The position numbers were made by a program, and so were the translations under genes. From Gammaproteobacteria bacterium (GTDB lineage: Bacteria; Pseudomonadota; Gammaproteobacteria; Steroidobacterales; Steroidobacteraceae): 64,000 nucleotides of DNA. The notes beneath the pieces were generated by a model. The model was not told where the DNA came from and did not search any database. It saw only the letters and a list, made by a program, of their open reading frames with translations. The stretch lies in assembly GCA_025350055.1 (NCBI GenBank), contig JANXYK010000022.1, forward strand, positions 36,988-100,987. Reading direction: 5' to 3'. Positions 57,198-64,000 of this stretch are shown piece after piece (the first letter of the stretch is position 1; each line of letters opens with the position of its first letter).

Positions 57198-58253
57198 ATG
57201 ACCTTCATGGCAAAACCCAAGGTTGCCCATCCGGAACTGCCGCGCAACGCGCTCGGCCTCACGCGCCGCGACTACGAGGGCTCTAACTCGACGCTGTGCG
57301 CCGGCTGCGGGCACGACTCGATCACCGCCTCGATCGTCGAGGCCTGCTGGGCCAACGCGCTCCAGCCGCAGAACCTGGTGAAGCTCTCGGGCATCGGCTG
57401 TTCGTCCAAGACCACGGCGTATTTCGTCAGCGGCGCGCATGGCTTCAATTCGGTGCACGGCCGCATGCCCTCGGTGGCCACGGGCGCCAACGCGGCCAAC
57501 CGCAAGCTGCACTACATCGGCGTCTCGGGCGATGGCGACACGTTGTCGATCGGCCTCGGGCAGTTCATCCATGCGATCCGTCGCAACCTGAACATGGTGT
57601 ACATCATCGAGAACAACGGCGTGTACGGCCTGACCAAAGGGCAGTTCTCCGCCTCGGCCGATGTGGGTACCAAGGCGAAGAAGGGCGAAGTCAACAGCCA
57701 GCCGCCGATCGATCCGGTGCAGCTCGCACTCACGCTCGGCGCTTCGTTCGTGGCGCGCAGCTTCTCGGGTGACAAGGCGCAACTGGTGCCGTTGATCCAG
57801 GCAGCGATGCACCACCAGGGTTTTGCGCTGATCGATGTGCTCTCGCCCTGCGTCACCTTCAACGACCACGAAGGCTCGACGCGCAGCTATGCCTACTCGC
57901 GCGAGCACTACCATGAGGCTGTGCACACGGATTTCGTGGCGCCTGCTGGCCAGATCAGCGTCAGCTATGCGGCCGGTGAAGCGCTGCCGGTCACGCTGCA
58001 CGATGGCAGCTGCGTCATGCTGCGCAAGGTCGATGCCAGTTTCGATGCCACCAATCGTGGCACCGCGCTGGCGCGCATCCGCGAGCGCCTGCGCGACAAC
58101 GAATACCTGACCGGACTGCTGCATGTCAGCGACAGCCAGGCCGAGTTCCATGATCTCAACCGCACGCCTGACGAGGCGCTGAACCAGATTCCCTACGCGC
58201 AGCTCAATCCCGGTTCTGCTGCGCTCGCCAAGGTGCTCGCGCGATTTCGCTGA
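57198..58253 (+). CDS. korB: 2-oxoacid:ferredoxin oxidoreductase beta subunit (TPP-binding)
   Basis: CAGCGHDSI and GDGD..SIG...IHAIRRN.N...II.NN.VYGLTKGQ TPP motif. Confidence 0.85.
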   Translation: MTFMAKPKVAHPELPRNALGLTRRDYEGSNSTLCAGCGHDSITASIVEACWANALQPQNLVKLSGIGCSSKTTAYFVSGAHGFNSVHGRMPSVATGANAANRKLHYIGVSGDGDTLSIGLGQFIHAIRRNLNMVYIIENNGVYGLTKGQFSASADVGTKAKKGEVNSQPPIDPVQLALTLGASFVARSFSGDKAQLVPLIQAAMHHQGFALIDVLSPCVTFNDHEGSTRSYAYSREHYHEAVHTDFVAPAGQISVSYAAGEALPVTLHDGSCVMLRKVDASFDATNRGTALARIRERLRDNEYLTGLLHVSDSQAEFHDLNRTPDEALNQIPYAQLNPGSAALAKVLARFR

Positions 58254-58254
58254 A

Positions 58255-59061
58255 GTGCGCCCGGCATTGCAAGCCGCCCGACTGACGTGCTGGCTCATCG
58301 TCGCTGCCGCCAGCGTCGCGCCGGCCCTGGCGCAAGAACCTGGCAAGCAGGCGCTGCTGAAATCCATCGCCGACGATCTGCAGGAGATTCCCGCGGGCAG
58401 CTACCTGATGGGCAACGCCGAGCCGAACTTCGGCGATGCCGATGAGAAGCCCACCCGCCAGGTATCCGTGCGTCGCTTCCACCTCGCTGGCCACACCGTC
58501 ACTTTCGAGCAATACGATGCCTACAGCGACGCAAACGGCCGCGCGCGCGTCAATGACGAGGGCTGGGGACGCGGCTCGCGGCCCGTGATCCACGTGAGCT
58601 GGAATGACGCGCAGGATTTCCTGCGGTGGCTCAACGAGCACGGCGGCACGCACTATCGCCTGCCCACTGAAGCCGAATGGGAATACGCGGCGCGCGCCGG
58701 CAGCAAGGCGCATTACCCCTGGGGCGATCACTACCAGGAGGGCCTCGCGAACAGCGCGGGTACTTCGGGTGCTGATCGCTTTGAGCACAGCGCGCCCGTG
58801 GGCAGTTTCCCGGCCAATGCTTGGGGATTGTTCGACACGCTGGGCAACGTCGAGCAGTGGGTGGCCGATTGCTATCGCGAACCCTACGCGGCCACGCCCG
58901 TGGATGGCTCGGCTGTGGAAGACCCGACTTGCACACAGCGCGTGCGCCGCGGCGGCTCCTGGGGTCTCGCGCCCTGGTTCCTGCGCGTCGACTATCGCAA
59001 CAGCGCGCCCCCGACGCTGCAATCCGATGCAATTGGCTTCAGGCTGGCGCGCGATGACTGA
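58255..59061 (+). CDS. secreted FGE-sulfatase (SUMF1/PvdO) domain protein lacking the catalytic Cys pair
   Basis: Signal peptide. RLPTEAEWEYAARAG, GN..EWV, RGGSW and IGFRLARD motifs. Where FGE has C..S.C, this protein reads GLAPWFL. GTG starts 1 nt after the korB stop. Confidence 0.75.
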   Translation: MRPALQAARLTCWLIVAAASVAPALAQEPGKQALLKSIADDLQEIPAGSYLMGNAEPNFGDADEKPTRQVSVRRFHLAGHTVTFEQYDAYSDANGRARVNDEGWGRGSRPVIHVSWNDAQDFLRWLNEHGGTHYRLPTEAEWEYAARAGSKAHYPWGDHYQEGLANSAGTSGADRFEHSAPVGSFPANAWGLFDTLGNVEQWVADCYREPYAATPVDGSAVEDPTCTQRVRRGGSWGLAPWFLRVDYRNSAPPTLQSDAIGFRLARDD

Positions 59062-61123
59062 ACGTCTGATCGTGCGTTTGCGCGCCGTGTTGTGGTGCGG
59101 CCTGCTGCTGTGTGGCGCCGTTACTCCACGAGCCCACGCCGATGACTGGCTGATGCCGGTGAGCACCGTGAACGAGCCGCTGATCGCGGGACGCGAAGTG
59201 CAACTCGACGCCAAGGGTGTACTGCTGCCCTGGCCGTTTGCTGACAATGCCGGCCGCTCCTACGATGAACACCTGCGCTCGCAATGGACGTTGTTGCAGC
59301 AGATGCTGCAGCAATCGCGCATGCCCTATTTTCATTGCTGCTTCCAGATCGATCCCACGAGCCTGGAGCCGAAGGCCGACTTCAACTGGGTGAACTCCAC
59401 CGCCTACCTGCGCGGTATGTTGATCGGCTTCGTCGAACGGCTCTATCCCTACACCGGCGACGCGCGGATGCTCGATGACGTCCGGGCCTTCGTCGACTAC
59501 GAGCTCGAGCACGGGCTCACGCCAACAGACTACAAGTGGGCCGGCGTGCCCTATCCATCGGCCGATCCGGGTGCCGCCGAGTATCGGGGCTGGAAGCCGC
59601 GCGGCACGGACTACATCGAGCCGCATCTCGTGGGTGAAGACGGCTACGCCTACGTGCGGCTCTACGAGATGACGGGCCAGCAGAAATACCTCGAGGCCGC
59701 CATCCATTTCGCCGACCAGCTGGTGAAGAACTACGAGCCTGGCGATGCCGGCCATTCGCCCTGGCCCGTGCGCTGCCAGGCGCGCGATGGTCGCATCGAA
59801 GGTTCGGGCATGGGGCCGTACTCGGCCAATGTGCTAGGTCCGATCTCGCTATTCGACGAGCTGCTGCGCATCAAGCGCGGCGATCTTGCCGCTTACCGCC
59901 GCACGCGCGCCGCCGCCTGGAACTGGCTGCAGCAATACCCGCTGCAGAATAACGTCTGGGTCGGCTATTTCGAAGATGTGGCGCCGAGCTTCGGCAACAT
60001 GAATAGTGTGATTCCGCTGGAGCTGGCGCGCTATGTGCTCTGGCATCCCGAACTCGACAGCGAGTGGCGCACCCATGCGCATGCCCTGATCGACTGGGTG
60101 CGCACCACGCCGCGCTGGCCAAAGTATCGCGTGCACGGCGCTTTCGTTACCACCGAGCAGGGCAATGGCAGCAACTTCTGCTGCAACAAGCCGAACCAGT
60201 GCTGTGACAGCCACACCGCGCGGCTCGCGGCGATCGAGGCGCTCTACTACCGGCGCACCGGCGATCAGGACATGCTGGAGGAGGCGAGACGCTCACTGAA
60301 CTGGGTCACCTACTTCCAGGGCTTGCCGGGCGATGCACATGCGCCCTTCGGCAACCAATGGTGGTTCAACGATGAGTTCACCGATGGCCCGCGCAGGATG
60401 ATGGAGGCGCTGTGGGCGGTGCCCGAGTGGGCGCCCGCGGATGCTTCACATCTGCTGGGTTCGACCTCCGCCGTCACGCGAATCGAGTACGGTCGCGGTC
60501 GCGTGCACTACACGACGTTCGATGCCGACGCAGAGGATGTGCTGCGTCTTGATTTCCGTCCAACCACCGTGCGTGTCGGCGCGCAGGCTATGCGCGCCAG
60601 CTGCGCGCCCAAAAAGCCGGGCTGGTGCTACGAGCCGGCCAGCGGTGTACTACGGATCACGCGCCGCGGTGCGCGCGAGGTCGAGGTGCGGGGCGAGGGC
60701 GGTACAGCCCCGAGCCAGGTACTGACATTCGACAATCCGCATCTGGCGGCAGGCACGCCGATGCAAGGCGAATATCCCAAGGCGCTGATCGACTGGACCG
60801 CGGGCCCGTGGCGGATCGGCGCACCCGGTGGCCCTTTCGGCACCTTCCATTTGACGCTAGTCGGCGCCGCGCAATCCGGCTCATTCCAGTTCATGCATCC
60901 GAGCGTATTGGTGGGCGTCGATGCCTATAACCCTGGGTTGCAAGTTGCCACGCTGAGCCTGCGCTGTGCCGGCGAAGCGGATTTCAAGGCCACACTTGCT
61001 GTCCATCGCGTGCAGCGGCTGCAGACACACTGGCAGCGGCCCTGCGACGTAGTGAGCGCCGTTTTCGATGGCCCGGGGACCGTGCAGCTGGACAATCTGG
61101 CCTACATTCCCGCGCCCCGGTGA
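59054..61123 (+). CDS. secreted 689-aa hypothetical protein (helix-rich N-terminal two-thirds, beta-rich C-terminal third)
   Basis: ATG 59054 overlaps the upstream stop (ATGACTGA). Signal peptide ..LLLCGAVTPRAHA. No family recognised by eye. Track ORF start 58604 rejected. Confidence 0.7.
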   Translation: MTERLIVRLRAVLWCGLLLCGAVTPRAHADDWLMPVSTVNEPLIAGREVQLDAKGVLLPWPFADNAGRSYDEHLRSQWTLLQQMLQQSRMPYFHCCFQIDPTSLEPKADFNWVNSTAYLRGMLIGFVERLYPYTGDARMLDDVRAFVDYELEHGLTPTDYKWAGVPYPSADPGAAEYRGWKPRGTDYIEPHLVGEDGYAYVRLYEMTGQQKYLEAAIHFADQLVKNYEPGDAGHSPWPVRCQARDGRIEGSGMGPYSANVLGPISLFDELLRIKRGDLAAYRRTRAAAWNWLQQYPLQNNVWVGYFEDVAPSFGNMNSVIPLELARYVLWHPELDSEWRTHAHALIDWVRTTPRWPKYRVHGAFVTTEQGNGSNFCCNKPNQCCDSHTARLAAIEALYYRRTGDQDMLEEARRSLNWVTYFQGLPGDAHAPFGNQWWFNDEFTDGPRRMMEALWAVPEWAPADASHLLGSTSAVTRIEYGRGRVHYTTFDADAEDVLRLDFRPTTVRVGAQAMRASCAPKKPGWCYEPASGVLRITRRGAREVEVRGEGGTAPSQVLTFDNPHLAAGTPMQGEYPKALIDWTAGPWRIGAPGGPFGTFHLTLVGAAQSGSFQFMHPSVLVGVDAYNPGLQVATLSLRCAGEADFKATLAVHRVQRLQTHWQRPCDVVSAVFDGPGTVQLDNLAYIPAPR

Positions 61124-61164
61124 GATAGACTCCGCCGCGCAATCCACACTTGAGGAGATGATCC

Positions 61165-61287
61165 GTGGGCAAAGGTGATCGCAAGACGCGTCGGGGCAAG
61201 ATCTACGCCGGTTCCTTCGGCAAATCGCGTCCCAAGGATCCGGCCAAGAAGAAGCGCGAGGCTGCCAAGAAGGGCACACGCAAGTAG
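61165..61287 (+). CDS. 30S ribosomal protein THX
   Basis: GAGGAG SD 7 nt before GTG. Sequence VGKGDRKTRRGKIYAGSFGKSRPKDPAKKKREAAKKGTRK*, a THX-type basic peptide. Not in the ORF track (<60 aa). Confidence 0.75.
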   Translation: MGKGDRKTRRGKIYAGSFGKSRPKDPAKKKREAAKKGTRK

Positions 61288-61402
61288 ATTCAATCACAGC
61301 TGTGCGCGCCACGGGCGCGCCACGCTAAGGCCGGCTGCGCGGCGTCTGGGTTGATATACAACGATTCTCGATCCATAAAAACTTCCAACGGGGGGCGGGG
61401 AC

Positions 61403-62086
61403 ATGAAGCAGTTCATTGCTGAACTCATCGGCACATTCATCCTGGTGTTCTTCGCCTGCGGCACGGCGGTGTTCGCTGGCGCACAGGTGGGCGTGCTGGG
61501 CATCGCACTGGCCTTCGGACTGGCGCTGATCGCGGCAGCCTATGGCATCGGCGCCATTTCGGGCGCGCACATCAATCCGGCGGTCAGCCTCGGCGCCTGC
61601 GTCGCGGGCCGGCTGTCGGTGCAGCAGCTGGTGGTCTACGTGATCGCGCAGTGCCTGGGCGCAATCATTGCCGCCTGGTGTCTGGCCTCGATCGCCAAGG
61701 GCGTATCGGGAGGCTATGACATTGCCACGGCAGGCCTGGCGCAGAACGGCTTCGGCGAAGGTTACCAGGGCGGTTACAACGAGCATGCCGCCATGCACTT
61801 CGAGCTGATTGCCACCTTCATCTTTGTGCTGGTGATCCTCGGTGCCACCGGGCGCCGCGCGCATCCGGCGATCGCGGGCCTCGCCATCGGCCTGACGCTG
61901 GTGGTGATCCACCTGGTCGGCATCCGCATCACCGGCACTTCGGTGAATCCGGCGCGTTCGCTTGGCCCCGCAATCATGGTCGGTGGCAAGGCGCTCTCGC
62001 AATTGTGGTTGTTCATCGTTGCTCCGCTGGTGGGCGGCGCACTGGCGGGCCTGGTGGCCAGGTTCGGCATCGTCAACACTGATTGA
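61403..62086 (+). CDS. aqpZ: aquaporin Z
   Basis: Two NPA boxes (HINPAVS, SVNPARS), 6 TM, 227 aa. Confidence 0.92.
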   Translation: MKQFIAELIGTFILVFFACGTAVFAGAQVGVLGIALAFGLALIAAAYGIGAISGAHINPAVSLGACVAGRLSVQQLVVYVIAQCLGAIIAAWCLASIAKGVSGGYDIATAGLAQNGFGEGYQGGYNEHAAMHFELIATFIFVLVILGATGRRAHPAIAGLAIGLTLVVIHLVGIRITGTSVNPARSLGPAIMVGGKALSQLWLFIVAPLVGGALAGLVARFGIVNTD

Positions 62087-62213
62087 AGCTCGCGCGCTGT
62101 GGGTGCGATTGCACCTACGGCGCGCATGCAGCCAGTTGTAGATTGGAAAACGCTCTGGTGATTTTGTGCGTGAGATCTTCTAGCTTACGTGGCCTCAGAG
62201 CGCAGCTACTCAG

Positions 62214-62697
62214 GTGACAGGGTTCAATGGTCCGCTCGTTGTTGGCATTGCCCAGGCAGCCTGCTGGGCAGCTGGCCTTTTGATGGTATTGACATCGTGC
62301 GCGCGCACATCGCGTCCGCCACCTCCCCACGCGCTTCTAGAATCCCAGGACGCAGCTGTCGCTACCTCGGCGGGTGTCAAGGCTAGCGTTGCTCAGCCGA
62401 CCGCCGCGTCAGCGACACCCAAAAACCCCTGTGAAATGGGATAACACTACTGGGGTGATCACTATCACGATTCCATCAGGTAACGGGATCGAAAGCGGCA
62501 CCACTGGCGCCGCCAGCCTGTCTTACCATACCAAGTTCAACCTCTCGCGACGGCTGGAATTGTTCTTCAACAACGAATACTTCACCTTGCCTCCAGGGGC
62601 CCCGCATGGCGAGCAACCCAAACTGGGCATCCTTCGTCCCTCGCTGATGCGTAGAGCCGCCGCCTTCAGCGCGAGCTCGACCCCTGAGAAAACCTGA
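62214..62697 (+). pseudogene. possible frameshifted lipoprotein gene (two overlapping ORFs in frames 0 and +1)
   Basis: ORF 62214-62444 begins with a lipoprotein-like signal (..GLLMVLTSC). ORF 62374-62697 continues in another frame. Both frames are open across the A5C4 run at 62420-62428. Codon usage is atypical. Confidence 0.3.
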
Positions 62698-62883
62698 GGG
62701 TCTGTCCAGGGCGCGACTATGACGAAGCCATCATGCCGCCTCGGGATGAACCCAGATGCGGGATGGGATGTCCGCTCTGTGTCGTGTGCTATCGTCACTC
62801 GGGCAAAGGCCGTCGTTGTGCGAGTAGACATTCGTGTTAGTGCGTTTCTCGCACGATCGAGACCCCTACCATACGGTGCGCGC

Positions 62884-63540
62884 TTGAAACTCAAATCCTG
62901 CCTGACCTGGTCGCTGCTGATTACGCTGGCTGGTTGCGCCGCTGCGCCGCCTGGGGCGCCTGTACCAATCAGTACGGCCGCGCCCGTGACGCCGCCGCGC
63001 CCCGTGGGCACACGCCCGACAGATACGGATTCCGCCGCCGCGATGGCCACAGAGCCCGCTGCTGAGAGTACGCTAACGGCGGTGGCGTCGATGCCAGGCC
63101 CTGCTGTCGCACCGGCGCCTGCCGCCAAACCGGCGCCGGCCGCAAGCATCGCCAAGGCCAAGCCGCCGGCGCCGGTCAAGGCAGTCGTGCCGCCAGCCGC
63201 GGCCGTTGCGCCCAAACCCGGCCCGGAGCAACGCCCAGCCACGCCTGCGCTTGATCTGGCAGCCCTTGAACAGCGCTTGCGCGACACGCACGCCATCGGT
63301 CTTTTCACCAAGCTGTCCATCAAGAACCAGGTCGACGACCTGCTGGACCTATTCCGTGCGCACTTCCGCAGCCAGGCCAACCCGCCGCTGGCTGTATTGC
63401 GACAGCGCTATGATCTGCTGTTGATGAAGGTGCTCACTTTGTTGCAGGACGGCGATGTGCCGCTGGCCAGCGCCATCAATTCATCGCGTGAAGCGATCTG
63501 GCAAATGCTCAATGATCCGGCCAAGCTCGCCTCGACCTGA
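62884..63540 (+). CDS. lipoprotein with Pro/Ala-rich linker and ~85-aa conserved-looking C-terminal domain
   Basis: TTG 62884, lipobox LITLAGC. About 110 aa of P/A-rich low complexity, then a helical C-terminus. The upstream part of track ORF 62719 looks non-coding. Confidence 0.55.
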   Translation: MKLKSCLTWSLLITLAGCAAAPPGAPVPISTAAPVTPPRPVGTRPTDTDSAAAMATEPAAESTLTAVASMPGPAVAPAPAAKPAPAASIAKAKPPAPVKAVVPPAAAVAPKPGPEQRPATPALDLAALEQRLRDTHAIGLFTKLSIKNQVDDLLDLFRAHFRSQANPPLAVLRQRYDLLLMKVLTLLQDGDVPLASAINSSREAIWQMLNDPAKLAST

Positions 63541-63585
63541 CATCCCTCTGCCCTTAACCCTCTACCGACAAAACGGACACCCCCT

Positions 63586-63834
63586 ATGAACGCGCGCGCC
63601 ACAGCTTTCGCATTCACGGCATTCGCTGCCACGCTGGCTACTTTCCCGGCATCTGCGGATGACTCTTTCGGCAAGGACCTGATGGCCACCATCGCGCTGC
63701 AGGGGAAACCCTGCGACCAGGTCGTCGCTGCCAAGCGCAATGGCGATAGTGACTATGTGGCCACTTGCAAGGATGGCCACCGCTACCACGTCTACGTCAA
63801 CGCCCAGGGCCGCGTGGTCGTCGACAAACTATGA
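63586..63834 (+). CDS. small secreted protein (82 aa)
   Basis: Signal peptide ..ATFPASA, two Cys, beta-rich mature part (PepSY-like size). The stop overlaps the next start (ATGA). Confidence 0.55.
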   Translation: MNARATAFAFTAFAATLATFPASADDSFGKDLMATIALQGKPCDQVVAAKRNGDSDYVATCKDGHRYHVYVNAQGRVVVDKL

Positions 63835-64000
63835 GGAGATGCCTGCTGGCTCTGGTTGCCGGCTGCGTCTATGCCGCCTCCGCGCTGTCCGCCACCATCG
63901 ATGTCGATGCTCCCGTGCACCCCTTTCCACATTTCTGGGAGCATGTGTTTGGTTCCGGGCGTGCGATCCTGACGCTGCGCGCGGGGTATCGCAGCGACCT
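63831..64000 (+). CDS. secreted glycoside hydrolase, GH39-like N-terminus (3' end outside the window)
   Basis: Signal peptide, then FWEHVFGSGRAILTLRAGYRSD, resembling the W..(C/V)(V/F)G(T/S)GR..L.LR..Y start of GH39 enzymes. Only 56 codons are visible. Confidence 0.45.
   Translation, partial: MRRCLLALVAGCVYAASALSATIDVDAPVHPFPHFWEHVFGSGRAILTLRAGYRSD

Noticed and set aside
58604-61123. 839-aa ORF overlapping the FGE-domain gene
   Set aside because: The upstream 150 codons are the out-of-frame shadow of the FGE gene. A signal peptide begins at ATG 59054, which overlaps the FGE stop.
59054-61123. Sulfatase-type (C/S)xPxR FGE target motif in the 689-aa partner protein
   Set aside because: No such motif was seen when reading the translation. 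The closest string (SPWPVR) has the wrong spacing, and the FGE-domain protein itself lacks the catalytic Cys pair.
1-64000. CRISPR arrays, tRNA/rRNA genes, IS elements, integrases, phage or recognisable defence-system genes
   Set aside because: Apart from the ParE/RHH pair, none was found on reading intergenic regions and ORF translations. The only repeats seen are the short tandem duplications reported.

Overview
High-GC, gene-dense proteobacterial chromosomal window. The gene content (ubiquinone genes, photolyase, NAD-linked formate dehydrogenase, RND efflux) looks gammaproteobacterial or Xanthomonadales-like. I call about 60 protein genes and found no rRNA, tRNA, CRISPR array or transposase. 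Many long ORFs in the supplied track are antisense shadow ORFs or over-extended starts typical of high GC; I trimmed the starts by reading the sequence.

Main blocks:
- Housekeeping genes: SulP permease, gor, prlC, xthA.
- A c-di-GMP gene pair, followed by a photolyase.
- A 13-kb same-strand string: an OmpR/HK two-component system, fdsGBACD (NAD-dependent Mo-formate dehydrogenase) and creBC-like genes. After a 124-bp gap come a VIT-vWA surface protein and a small exosortase-family gene.
- A detoxification/efflux patch: VOC, MAPEG, two MFS transporters, a Ddn-like reductase, EamA, a ParE/RHH toxin-antitoxin pair, and a TetR-TolC-MFP-RND operon.
- A complete unfused trpEGDCFBA operon with a Trp-Trp-Trp leader peptide.
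- ubiE-ubiJ-ubiB.
- A korC-like/korA/korB 2-oxoacid oxidoreductase operon that runs straight into a Cys-less FGE-domain gene and a 689-aa secreted protein.
- THX, aqpZ, and a more A/T-rich patch of secreted proteins and lipoproteins.

The most interesting candidate system is at 21573-26675. A VIT-vWA protein ends in a PEP-CTERM-like sorting tail. Its stop overlaps the start of a compact 265-aa membrane protein carrying the exosortase Cys/Arg/His motifs. Three TCCAC direct repeats phased at 11 bp (cre-tag-like) sit upstream, and a CreBC-like two-component system lies immediately before them.

All calls come from reading translations and motifs. No database search was run.
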